In this document: piece after piece, positions 10,655 to 23,100 of the stretch
How the letters are laid out: each line of letters starts with the position of its first letter
How positions within the stretch are numbered: position 1 is the first letter of the stretch
Assembly (NCBI RefSeq): GCF_000315625.1
Contig: NW_005434667.1
Coordinates: 983,061-1,047,060 of the forward strand
Direction of reading: 5' to 3'
Length of the DNA stretch: 64,000 nucleotides
Origin: Guillardia theta CCMP2712
Lineage: Eukaryota; Protista; Cryptophyta
Program-made: the position numbers and the translations under genes
The notes under the pieces: model-generated
Told to the model about the DNA's origin: nothing
What the model saw: the letters and a program-made list of their open reading frames with translations, nothing else
The model's database searches: none

Positions 10655-12327
10655 CTATGGGTCAAAAGGAATCATGACGCTCTTGACCTCCAAATAGTTT
10701 TCCAGAGCATAAGGTCCTTTCTCGCGTCCAATTCCGCTCTATCAAAACAGGCAAGTGAGGATAATGTAGAGATTTTAAAGACTGTCAGATCAGCGACACA
10801 CCTCCTTGTATCCTCCGAAAGGAACAGCAGCATCAAAGTTATTGAAGCAGTTGAACCAAACAGTTCCTGCTCGAAGAGCTCTTGCAATCTTCAAGCCGAC
10901 CTGGACGTTCTTGGTGCACACACCAGCTGCCAGGCCGAAGGAGGTGTTGTTAGCGCGGTCAATCACCTCTTCAACAGTTTTGAATTTCATCAAAGACATC
11001 ACTGGACCGAAGATTTCCTCCTTGGCGATCACCATATTGTCTTGGACATCGGCAAATACAGTGGGCTGAATGAAGTATCCTTTGTCTCCAAACCTTTCTC
11101 CTCCTGTCGTGAGTCGGGCCCCTTCCTTCTTTCCCTTCTCGATGTAGCCCATGACTCGATCGAATTGTATCTTGTCCACCTGTGGCCCTTGCATGGTTGC
11201 AGGGTTATTTGGATCGCCAAGAACCCTAGCCTTGGACTGCTGAGTCGCCAACTCGACAAACTTGTCATAGATGCTCTCCTACGTCGATGCGTCATGAAAG
11301 TTGCATGGCTTCATCGAATGAACAACTAAACCTGCACAAAGATGCGAGAGCTTGCACAGCACGTTTGGCCTTGGTTGAGAAAAAGTCCAAGCTGAGAGAA
11401 AATCATGCATGGTATCTTCATCATATTCAACCTTCAAGGACTTACCTGAGCAAGACCCAAAGCTTGCTCCAAATCAGCATCCTCCAGAATGATGAGAGGA
11501 GACTTTCCTCCTAGCTCGAGGCTCACATTCTTCATGTTGCTCTCTGCTGCATACTTCTGTATCAGACGTCCAGTCATTGACGAGCCAGTGAAAGCAATCT
11601 TCATCAAGTCCATGTGACTGGCAATTGCTTTTCCGGTCGGATCTCCAAAGCCAGACACAATATTGACAACTCCTTTCGGAAAGCCCGCCTGTTGGATAAG
11701 CCCTGCACAGTACAAGGCGGAAAGCGGAGTTTTCTCAGAGCTCTTGAGAACAACAGTGCATCCAGCAGCTAAAGCAGGGCAAAGCTTCCAAGCAAGCATG
11801 AGCACTGGGAAACTACAGCAAGCCGCTCAGCATGTATCATCTCACAATCAAAACTACAAAACTCACTTCCAGGGAATGATCTGTCCAACTGGTCCGATCG
11901 GCTCATGCCATGTGTAAGCGAAAAAGTTGCCCTCTACTGGCAGCGTTTTGCCTTCGATCTTGTCGGCCCATCCTGCAAAGTAACGGAAATGCTGGATTGC
12001 TAGGGAAAGATCGCCGTGACTTGATGAGACGGGTTTGCCGTTGTTCAGTGACTCCAACACTGCAAGCTCCTCTTTGTTCTGCTCCATGAGGTCTGCGAGT
12101 TTCAAGAGCAGGTCCCTCCTCTTGGTGCCGTCCATCTCTCGCCATGGCGATCCTCGTTCAAAGGCTTTGTTTGCAGCGATCACGGCACGATCCACGTCCT
12201 CTGGAAGCGCTTCTTGCACTTCGCAAATGACCTCCTCAGTTGCAGGGTTGATGGTCTTGAAAGTTTTGCCGGAGATGGAGTTGACAAACTCTCCATCGAT
12301 GAAAAGTCTTGTCTCGTATTTAGACAT
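10655..12327 (-). CDS. ALDH: Aldehyde dehydrogenase, ALDH1/2 family
   Basis: [15 protein letters not shown]...QIIPWN|[25 protein letters not shown] (catalytic Glu), NQGQTCCA (catalytic Cys), EEIFGPV, PFGGYK|..SGIGREKG...[10 protein letters not shown]. Confidence 0.95.
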
Positions 12328-12649
12328 GCTGCCTTTAGGTCGATCTGTCGAAGATGACAAGTGAGGAAAAATCCAGAAAAAAGAATCAAAAATCAAATAC
12401 AAGACACAAATGGATGAAGATTACATGAACGGCATGACACAAGTTATAGCCTGAAACTAAGCACTCATGAGATATTCCACAGACTCAACATCAAAAGAAG
12501 GAGGAGCCAAGCGCAAGGAAGGACATGGCGGAATAGAGGGAAGAGCGGACACAGCGGAACCCAAGAACGGGGGAGAGGTATTGGTCATTCAAGAAGGCGA
12601 CTGGACGGTCGTATCTCAACATGTTAGGGGTAGGGTGAACTCTCGATAC

Positions 12650-13270
12650 TAGCACCGGTACTTCTCCAGGTGTCTATGGGGGTGATCATTGTCCCGAGTC
12701 CACGGTTGCCAGGGTCACGGTACGGTGGGGTGGCTGTTGAACTAAGGCGTGTCACTCTGGAGCCTGAGCGAGGGTCACAAGGCACCGTCGGGCAGTCACC
12801 GGGCAGCGGGACCGGTGCGGGAAAGAAAGAATGCCTCTGAAAAGGACCGGTAGTCTTCGATCCGCCTGGTCGCATTTTGCACACCTTCACGGTCACCGGG
12901 TGGCACTAGTGTACGCCCCATACAACGGCCCGCCGGAGTCCGACTGCAACCGGGCGGCCGCTAGCGGCGGCGACTCAGTCACTGTCACGTGACTCGCGGC
13001 GGGAGGCGGGGCCGGGCCCGCCCGGCGCGCGCGCCGCCCGGCCGGTGCCGGCTGGGCCCGCGCCTGCGGCCGCGCACTGCAGTCACAGAAGACAGCGTGG
13101 TTCAAGTTCTCAGCGGGTTTCTCTTCTGACCGCCTAGTCTGGGCCCGCAAGTTTCTGGCAGAGAGTTCAGGCTCTAGAGTCACCGTCCGGCCGCCCGGCA
13201 AAGCCTTGAAGTTCGGACTCCGGGAGGCTGGCCGGGCCGGGCGGACGGCGAGCCTGTCACGTGAACTTCG
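12650..13270. repeat. Longest GC-rich palindromic-word mosaic, between the ALDH start and the OPR 3' end
   Basis: Contains gcggccgctagcggc, gtcacgtgac, ggcgcgcgcgcc, gccgggcccg, cggagtccg/cggactccg and actagt. Confidence 0.55.
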
Positions 13271-13805
13271 GTATGAGGGGGATGAAGCAGCCAGCGTTAC
13301 GTAGAGACAGCACGTGCGGTGAAGGATCTCAATGCGCTGCACACTAAATACGCGATGAGAGGTAAGGCAGAGGAGGTGTGATGCTGAGAATGCTCTCTGA
13401 TTCGGTAATGAAAACATCTTACGACCTACATTATCTCTTTCATACGCTTTGCGATGATGATTTCGTTGACTTCCCTTTGAACCGAACTCAATAGTCATGT
13501 GTGGGAGTTGTTGGGATAATTTCACGAGACTGATGAAAGCTCGTTGCAGGAACAGAAAATAATTTCAGTTGAAACACTCAATCAGAGGGCCTTTGGTTAA
13601 CTCCTTCATTCGCGAAGAATGGAAGTGAGCTGCTATTTCAAGAAGCGATTGACGCGGTTTTTGAACATTTAATTGAAAAATTCTTGGACGGTCTTATCTA
13701 GCTTCAAATATGTATATTGTACAGTAAAAATGTAAACTACGTCGAGTTGTCAAATAACAAAGAACCCATTCTTGCACATTCAGTGGATTCAGGAATGTCC
13801 GGCTG

Positions 13806-16603
13806 TCATTTCCCCTTCTTTCCCCTAGATCTGCGGATGGCCTCAGCATCGAGCTCCTCCCATATTCTACCCTGGTAGCGAGTCCGTGAGAAGGCCAGTG
13901 CTGCCGTGTTCAACTCGATCGCATTGAACGACCTCACTTGTCTCTTGAGAATCTCTTGCTCGAAGATGGTGAGTTGAATATGCTTCATGACGTCAGTTAT
14001 CCCGAGAGCCCATAGCAAGGAGATCAATGAGTGATTGGTCAGCTTCTGCAGAAAGCCAGCATCGAGGAGGCACGCTATATCCTGAAAAAGCCGTTCGTCC
14101 CTTAGCCCAAGTTTGCAACAGGACCAGGCAAAACTGGAAAGTTGATGGCTTGGGATGTTGTGCACTCCCCTTCTCTCTATCTCTTGGCTGATTCCTTTCA
14201 TGGTATCCACGAAGTACTCATCCCTTCCCTTAAGTATGTGCGCATAGGCCCAGGCGATGTTGACCAAGGAGAGAGTTGAAAAAGTGCTGATGTCCTGAGA
14301 GCGAAGGCACTCATTCACAGGAAACAAGATCAACTTCTCCATGGGGAACGAAACAGCGAAAGACCAGACGAGCAGAGACAAGTCCTTGGACCTGAATCCC
14401 TTCAAGGGATTGGAGAGTACCCAAGTGCGAATCAACATCATCAGCTGTAGCTCGGCAATATCCTCCTTGTGCTGACCAAAACTCTCATCCAAAGGATCCA
14501 AGGACGAGTGAGAATACCGCGAATTCTGCGAAAGTTGTTTGGTCCCCGTATTTGGAACCTGACGTACACGCAACCTGTTTGCCAAGACCCACGAAAAACT
14601 TGTGATCTGATCTTCAGTGAGTTGCTGTAAGCCTATCTGCTGCAGCCATGGAACGAGTGCTTCGAAAAGTTCGTAGCCGACATTAGAATTCGAATATCCA
14701 TGGATAAGGAGGCAGACATCTTTGACCTTGAAACTTGATAATCCCACCTTCATGACCTGATGAGATTTGAGTAAGATCAATACACGGATGTATAGAAAAC
14801 TTACATGATCAGAAAACATTTGCAAGATGTCGTCATTGATCTCATTGCACTTTGCCAGAGCCCATACAATGTTTGAAATTGACTATTGGCTGAATATTAT
14901 GATCGCACAAACACAAAGAGAAAAATGCACCTGAGGAGAATATCTTGACAACTGAGATGAAGGATGCAACAGGCCCTTTTTTGCTTTGTCAAACAAATTG
15001 CTGCAGGAACACGAGAGTCTTTTCCAAGATTTGGCTATCGCCCAGAGCACAATAGATAATTCCTAAGTTAATTGTCATAGACCACCTTCAAACAGGACAA
15101 ATTGAGACGGAGAATTCGAACCTGAGGATTTTTGAAAGAAGAATGCCTTGACCAATCTTCCAATAAATTACAAACTGAATCATCCAAACCACCTTGAATG
15201 ATGACCATCGCCCATACGAGATTCGAAATCTACAATAAATGAGATTTTAGCTGCCATAGTCCGCAAATCAGTACACCTCTTGACTCTTGAAGTTCTCTAA
15301 TCCCCTAGCAACCACCTCTTCCCGCACGCTTGAAGCCAGTATTGTATCCTTGTATTGAATCTTCGCAATGGCCCAGAGAAGATTGCTTAGACTTTGAGCT
15401 GAGAAATTCTTCAAGCCACACGTAAGGGTCATATTTGAGAGGACTCTGCATTCAAACCGAAAGATCAGAGAGAAGAGAGGACGGGAGAGGAAGAGAGCAA
15501 GGGATTGAGGGAGTTTGCAATGACTTATAGTCACCTCATGCAGTCAACATCCTGATAGCCTACATTGCCGAATGACCAGGCAATGTTGGAGATGTCCAGG
15601 GGGCTCAAAACCTCTCCTTGAATATTCTGCAGCCGAACGGATACTTGTTGCATCACCTGAATCAGATCAGCTAAAAGTTTCCTTAAGGTAAAATGCACAT
15701 ACCTCCATCTTGACCTTTTTTGGCAACGAACTTTTGGATGCACACCATGCAAGTCTAGACAAAGAGAAAATGAGTCATGGATTGTGAAAGCATTTGAGTA
15801 TTCCAGATATACCTTGCAACAGCTTCGATGTCTATGTCATCTACCCTCAAGTCCAAAAATCTTTGAAAAACGTGATTTACAATGTCACCATATGGCTTCC
15901 CCTCTGTATTCTTTTGTTGACCGAGAAGTTGTTGGGCCCTCGTTCCACACCATGCCAAGGACGTGTAAGATCGAAGATCGAACTTGGAAGGCTCTTCTTC
16001 AAGTAATGTTAATAGTGTCCGAACGATTCTTGAAAAACCTTCAAACAGAACCAATGTTCAGTTGCCAATATACCTCAACGTGGCTTTATCAGTGAGTAGA
16101 TGGACTTGACGGTTGTTCGCTTTGCATGCGCTTAAGATACCCCGCAAGATTGTGATGTAGTTGATGACAGAAATATTACCTCCACTCTGAACGCAGTCAG
16201 ATCACGCACACCAAACGACCTTATTGAATTCCTCCCTCACCTCCTCGTCCTCCTCAACGAAAGCACGGAGTATCCTCTGAGAACAAGACATTCAAGACGT
16301 CAGTCAAGCTCACATAATACAGAGCTTCTCAAGTACATGAGGGTCATTGAGCTTCACCAGGAAGGCATTGAACTTCTTGGACCGAACCTCTGGATCTTCG
16401 CCCACATTATTTTCCGTTTCTTTGCCATCGGGGATACAAAAGACAACAGAACGTGCGATGCGGTGCTTGAGGAAGATGCTTGGACATGTGAAGAGAGAAG
16501 CTCGGCAAGGAGGACATGTAGGACATCCCAGTTGGAAGGAGCTTCCCTGCTGCACCATGGCGCTCTTTAGCATGACCAGGAATAAAAGCCACCTCCCCGC
16601 CAT
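13806..16603 (-). CDS. OPR/FASTK-like helical-repeat RNA-binding protein with bipartite plastid-targeting presequence
   Basis: Repeats LSPLDISNIAWSFG, FSAQSLSNLLWAIAKI, FSTLSLVNIAWAYAHI, IPSHQLSSFAWSCCKLG, LTNHSLISLLWALG. N-terminus MAGRWLLFLVMLKSAMVQQGSS-FQLG followed by a Ser/Arg/Cys/Pro-rich transit-like segment. Confidence 0.75.
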
Positions 16604-16677
16604 TGCGCCTGCTCGAATGCCTCTATGTAGACTCGCAGTTGACTGAAAATTATACTTTGATCCCCCCCTTCTCCGGC

Positions 16678-17599
16678 ATGGTAGGTCGGGCGTTCTTGGC
16701 TGGGGCAGCAGCGATCGTAGTGGGCTACCATGGGCTCAGCTGCGCCCTTCAGGCTGTCTACTACCTGCGAAGAAGATGTTCGCCGCAAGAATGGAAGATC
16801 CAACCCCAACGCTTCGTCCGTCTCCAGTCTCCAGCGTGCTGGTCCCCGTTTTTAGGACGGTGGTTCGGAAGGAGAGAGGGAAAGGAGGAGTACCACGACT
16901 TTGTTTGCGCGATGAACGTGATCACAGCCGGGTGTTCTGCAGGGTTTGTTGTGCGCAGCATTGTGCGCGGGAGCACGCGTCTCCTGTTCGATTGGAAAGC
17001 TGCGGGCCGCCTTCCTGGGGTTGTAGGAACCTTTTGCTTGGCGGTGGGATGGCAGTCAGTTCTAGAGTACTACTGGCACAGGTTGATGCACCTTCCTTTC
17101 TTCTACAAGCACTTCCACAAGGTGAGCTGGCTCAAAGGCGCCGAGAACCTCTCTCTTGTCAGTTGCTCCCTCCTGACATGCTTTTATCAGATGCATCATA
17201 GCTACAAGTCGCCACAGCCGTTCGATGACATGTACATCCACCCTGTTGAAGCCGTCGGCTACTATTGCATTCTTTACTCTCCCCCCTTCGTCTTTCCTTT
17301 GCATGTCTACGGTTTTGTGCTCTACATGGCCATCATGGGGGTCTGTGGAATCTTGGACCATAGTGGAATCAAGTGGGGTTTCCTTGGGATTTACAACACT
17401 GAAGATCATGACAAGGTCAGTGGAATATGACCTGTGCTCCACATTCTGAACTGGATTGACCTGTTCGCAGCATCACGAGCATTTTGATTGTAACTTTGCG
17501 TTTCCTTTCGTGTGGATGGATATTCTTCATGGAACCTTTGCGGGTGATCATATGGGAATTCATTACCCCTTGTCTTCGGCGAAGCTCGGTATGAAGTGA
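16678..17599 (+). CDS. Sterol desaturase / fatty acid hydroxylase superfamily protein
   Basis: Three His boxes: HRLMH, HK|MHH and HDK|HHEH (two completed only after splicing); also YIHPVEA, DHSG and CNFAFPF..MDILHGT. Confidence 0.88.
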
Positions 17600-17886
17600 T
17601 TTATTGCAAGCACTTGCTCTTAGTATGTCTCAGGTGTCAGGAGGAAGAATCTTAAATCATGATACCACACTGTGGAACTCAATCTTTGTTTTCGCCCTTG
17701 TCTTCATAAATGTTTAATTACCCGTGGGCCGGTGATATTCATCTTCAAACAAGGAGGTCATGCCAAACAGGATGGCAAAACTGATTGCTGAACAATCACA
17801 GAGCTCAATCAGCACACGAGTTGACATGGGTGACATCGATGCAGAGTCGTGAGGAGAGTCTGAGTGGCGACAAGGAGAGGGGGAAG

Positions 17887-17971
17887 AGAAGGAGAAGGAG
17901 AAGGAGAAGGAAGCGACGGAGGAGGAGGAGGAGGAGGAGGAGGAGGAGGAGGAGGAGGAGGAGGAGGAGGA
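17887..17971 (+). repeat. Microsatellite (GGAGAA)n followed by (GGA)~18
   Basis: Seen directly; intergenic. Confidence 0.95.
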
Positions 17972-18199
17972 GAAACGAGCAGAGGAGGAGCGGGAGGACG
18001 TTCGTCACTCAAGCAAAGCGACGAGACTGTCGCCAAAAGTCCTCATGTTGAGGGTTTTATTTGACCTTGGGGTAGGGGGTCCTTCCAGGATATATCTGGG
18101 GTAGGGGTGTGTGTAGGTTAGTCGGCGCAACCATGGCACTCACAGGAAGGTGAGGACAAGAGGGACAAGGTGGAGGGAGAAGGATGTTTCAGGTCGTTG

Positions 18200-18240
18200 T
18201 GATGACGATGACGATGATGATGATGATGACATTGATGATG
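18200..18240 (+). repeat. Imperfect (GAT/GAC)n microsatellite
   Basis: Seen directly, upstream of the SDR gene. Confidence 0.85.
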
Positions 18241-18431
18241 GATATGGTCGTGTTAATGAAGACGAGAGATGGTGTAGACAACAGTTGACGATGACCAAGA
18301 TCCAGCAACGCTTTGATCTGGTGTCAGTGCAGTGAAGACGCGATAAAGAAGATGACCAGATTGCGTGTGAGAATGAGAGGGGGTCAGAAGAGATCAGAAT
18401 AGGGTGATGATAAGGGCAAACGGATGGTACG

Positions 18432-20110
18432 ATGAGAGCAAGGTCGGTTAGTAGGTTTCACAAGAATACGAAGATCAGAAGCCTTGCAGACTGCTTCGTA
18501 TTTAGCTTGTTCAAATCCAATGGCAGGGCTGCGGTCATCACAGGAGGCTCATCTGGAATTGGATTGGCCATCGCAAACATGTTGAAGAGGTGAGAGAAAT
18601 GCAGCAAACTTGTCAGATTCACAACTACATTCAGGGAGGGTGCCAAAGTAATCATCGGCGATGTTCAGAAGCCTCCAAGCACCGATGATTGTATGCAGGA
18701 CCAACCAATCGAGGAAATTTTCTGATCTCTTCAACAAACAGCGATCATGTACTGCCCCTGTGACGTCACCAAGTTCAAAGATCTAGAGGCAAACGGCCAG
18801 TGTTCTTCTCACCAACCCCTCTAACCAAAAACTGCCTTCAATAGAACTTGCTTCACCAGTCTTGCAAACCATATGGACATGTGTCGGTGAGAGTCGTTTC
18901 GCTTCATGGCAGTGATTAAGTCTGAATGAACATGTCAGATATGGGTCAACAATGCGGGAATCCAGAGTGAGACGAGACATCGTCCTTTCAGCAACAAGGT
19001 TTGGTTGTAGGCTGTATAGAGATTGATTGATTGACGTGCTCTGATCAAAGGCGATGATGGATACCGTGCGCGAGAATGTGCAGAAGATCCTATCGATCAA
19101 CCTTCAAGCGGTGAGGAGGTTTAGGGGCTAATGGATCTGAGTGACAGCTCGCAGGTAATCGAAGGGTCAAAGCTTGCTGTATGCATTTGTCTCCTTGAAA
19201 TCCCACAAGTTCTTAGTCTTTCTGGTGCAGATCCGCCACATGAAGGATCATGGACATGGTGTTTGAGAATGAGCATCTTTGAGAGAAGGTTTGACGATGA
19301 CGATCAGGGGGTTCTGTGATCAACATGTCTTCACTTTCGGCATTTATTCCTCTCTCAAACGCTCCGGTTTACTCTGCAACGAAGGTCCTGCGTGAAGGTG
19401 TTGACTGCAATCGATCTGAGATGTTCTGTGTTGTTCAGGCGGGAGTGAATCAATTCACAAGGTGATTTAGAGCACGAGCAAGAGCGATCCATGTTGAGTT
19501 GTTGCGTCAGAGCCGCTGGCTTGCATCTCGGCCCTGAGAATCCTATCAAAGTGAAGGAGACTATTGGATGACGCAGATGAATTGACTTGGTTGCCAGGTG
19601 CATGCCATCTGTCCAGGATTCGTCGACACTCCTCTCATCTCAGACATGCGGCAAAGTAGGCGATGTGCTGTAAAGTGCTGGTGCTGACTTGTGTGTTATC
19701 CTCGCAGTGATTGAGCATGAGGTAGGAGAGAAGTGAGTACTCACTATCCCTCTTTCCGTCTCTTATCCACCTGCTGCAGGCTCATCAGCGCGGACGAGAT
19801 CGCGAGCGCGGCGTTGGAGTTGGTCAGATCTGAGCTCTGACTTGCAAGTGCTGATGGGTCGTTGACAGATCAGCCCCAAAGATCCCAACATGCAAAACGG
19901 CTCCATCATGAAGGAAAGATTGTCTTGTCTTTCTTCAATCTAGTCTCGTCTTACCTCCCCTTGCCTCTCCTAGCCTTTCTGTCTCATCTTGTCTTGTCCT
20001 TTTGCTGAAGGGAAGTGCAGGTGTACATGAAGGACGGCAAACTCATCAAGGAGGTCTTCGACTTTCCCGGGGCTTTCAGGGGGAAGAAAGTTCTGTTCAA
20101 GGACTTGTGA
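18432..20110 (+). CDS. Classical short-chain dehydrogenase/reductase (15-PGDH-like), about 15 small exons, absent from the ORF track
   Basis: Spliced: MRASLFKSNGRAAVITGGSSGIG...CDVTK...IWVNNAGI...GSVINMSSLS...PVYSATK (YxxxK)...AICPGFVDTPL...VLFKDL*. One GC donor at 18789. Confidence 0.88.
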
Positions 20111-20149
20111 GAGGTTCTCTATCTCCGGCTCCTTTTTGCCTGATGAATC

Positions 20150-23100
20150 TTAACGCTGTTGCTCAAACATCTCCAAGTATTCCATCGCAATGCTCCCCCA
20201 CTCCCGCTCCACCTGTTCTTCACAGCCCACCTCTGCTAGTAGTTTGCGGGCCTGGTCCTGCCCCATGCCTGTGTGTCTCATAGCCCATCGCACAGCATCG
20301 GAGAAGATGAACAAGATCAAGCCATGCTCCAGCTCGTACGACTCATCCTCTGCCGCGAAGATCTCCTCTTGAACTACCTCCTTCCTCTCCCTCTCGCCAT
20401 CTCCCTGCACTTCAGCTCCAACCCTCTCACAGTACTGAGGCCAAGTGGCCGTCGCTCTCTCGAACTCCCTGCACGTCACATCAGGAGACATCGACATCTT
20501 TCAGTCGCCTCACCGTCTCACTCTCTGCATGTGAGAGACCAGGAGCACCTTCCCGCCCTCTCCTGCGCACCGCAAACAAATCCATCGCATCAGACAGATG
20601 GCGGCGACGAGGCGATGGGTCGCGAGGGGATGCCGCCTCCTCTCCTTCAGGCCCACGACGCTGAGATCGACAGAACGAAGCGCGAGGATGCTTGCTTTCT
20701 CGTAGATGCTCGGGTCCTTGTCTTGCAAGAGGATCAGCAGGCAAAGCAAACATCTTGACGAGGCATCAGCGAGTGCGGCAGCATTGCATGTCAGAATGCG
20801 CGAGTCCCCTAACGCATCCAGACAAGATCTTCGGAGATTTTGAGGTTCTGAGGGATTTATGCCTTGCTCAAGTCTGATGACCCACCTGCAATCATGAAGT
20901 TGATCAATACAAGGAAAGTTTTCAGTTTCCAAGTTTGACCTGTCGATCCGCTCATTCATAGAGGGCATTGAAGCCTCTACGTTGGCCTGATGGATCAAAG
21001 CAGCAATCCAGTTTGCTGTGACTCGAAGGGCTGCTGATGTTACTTCATGCCTTGAAGACGAAAGGAGCTGGGACGCTTTCGTCTGAGAGGAATTCAAGTT
21101 CGACAAAGAAATAGCGGAAGGCGGGAATCTTTCAAGACAGCAAAGAATCCCACGAATGCAATCACTGTTTGTTTCCAATTCTGCAAAGTATCTCAGTTAA
21201 AAAAAAAAGCGATCATTGTAACTCACCGATTTTGGACATGAGTAGTTGGTACAGACGCCCGTCATGGAATGATTTTGGAAGAAGTGACTCGATGTGAGAT
21301 AGAGCAGCTATCTTCACCTGTGATGACAATCAGAAGGTACAAGTAAGAGAGATAATCACCTCGTCAAGGCTGTGAGACAACAATGCCTCGAAAGTCTCAA
21401 GATTCAATGGACATCTTTGCAGTTTCATTCGCATCATTCTCAGCAATACCTGTGCGGGACTCAGAAATATTGACAACTGCTGGAAATTTCGTACTGATGT
21501 CGCCTGAAACGACATTGATGGTTTCCCCTCAACTTGTTCATACAGTTTATCCGCAAACACCAGTTGCCTCAAGGTTTCTAGTGTTTGGTCTACAAGGCTT
21601 TCTTGACTCAAAACAGTTTGTATCTGTTTTTCATACTTGACGAGGATTGCTTCAATTGTTGAGAGAAGGAGCAATCGCACTGGCTTGTCTGCAAGCTCTA
21701 CAAATGATGCTTCGAGGAGAGAAACAAAGACCGCGCAGGAGTCAGCATCCGACAGTTGTGCACTGCTCGTCAAGATCGTTCTAAGAAACAAAATCTACAG
21801 CAGTTTGTCATCCCACTATCTACAAAAGGAACCAAGAACCTGGCCATGAAGGATGTTGTTCGATGCATCATCGTCATTTTGGATCCCTGATGCAAGTTTG
21901 GTGATGTCTCTTGATATCTCGACCGCGACATCGCAAAGTTTAGACCTTGTTGACAAAGTCAGTCTCTACATTGCAGGCAACGAGCTGGGACCTTTCGGTC
22001 AGAGCGACCGCTGCAAGTGCCGCACTCTCCCTCACTACTTCATACTCGTGCGAGAGAAGTTCGATGGCCAGAAAGCGCATCCTTGAGATGAAGGGCTGCG
22101 ATGAAATGGATTCTGTCCTCAACTTTGCAAGAAGACAAAGACAAGGAAGGACGCGAGAAATCGCAGCGGCTGTACCCAATAATCAGAGACATCCTTTCGC
22201 AGATCTCAAAAGCGCACAGTAAGCACAAAATAAGACAATCATCAGACAGTCTTTCAGTGTCGATTTTCAAGACTACCTTTTCCGGTTTGCTTCTGCTTTG
22301 ACTCTTCTTCGAGGATCCCTAAAAGTTCTCTCTGAAATTCTGGGAAGAGACGGAAGAAGTGATCGGAGGACTTGTAGTTTTCTTGCTTTCCCAACGATCG
22401 CTCGATCGCAGCGCTGAAAGCCTGACCAATTCAAACTCACGATCCCTACAGGCATGATAACATGGCACTGCAATAGATTTTCAAATGCAATGAGATGTAG
22501 CGAGAATGCATGGTGATACAAAAGAATGAATCAAATGCCTCAGCGAACTCACGAGATTAGCCGCGTTTCTGATCATCCATTCTTGGCTGGATAGTGCCGT
22601 AGCGATAGAGCAAAGAATTTCATCCCCCAGGACATCGAGAGCTTTTGATCCAACCTGACAAGACTCGTCACGAAGGTGAGGACACTTGCGATCTTGACCT
22701 TTGCGTGGAGCAGGATCTGTCTGATAACATGCAATGCATGCAATCTCGATGCAACATCGACAGGGTCCTGGTGCTTGTCGATAGGAAGCCCGATGCTCGC
22801 AGATGAGAGAAAAGTAGATTTGGTGGAAGTTGAGGTACAAGTTCCATCGTTCTGCATGCAGTTTCAAACTATCAAAAGTGTTCAGAAGCTGATAACCCGA
22901 AGGTCTTTGGGATCAACAAGTCTGATGATTTGTGGCAAAAAATCTTTAAGCTGCAATTATGGATAAGAAGGCAATGGGGAAGTTTGCAGGCAACCATCGT
23001 GTCTCCTCCTCTTTCGACCGAAAGAATAGCAGTGATTGCATGACTGATTTGTGAGCTTCTCCTGGTGATGGAAAACATTCAATGGAATCTTCAAAATTAT

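Noticed and set aside
12893-13525. 210-aa minus-strand Ala/Arg/Pro-rich ORF
   Set aside because: Stop-poor by-product of the GC-rich palindromic spacer.
17785-18064. Poly-Arg, poly-Gly, poly-Pro and poly-Leu ORFs
   Set aside because: Translations of the (GGA)n microsatellite.
10655-20110. Metabolic gene cluster (ALDH, desaturase, SDR; also GNAT, JmjC, FMO further on)
   Set aside because: Interspersed with unrelated genes and lacking a scaffold-forming synthase; no evidence of a shared pathway.
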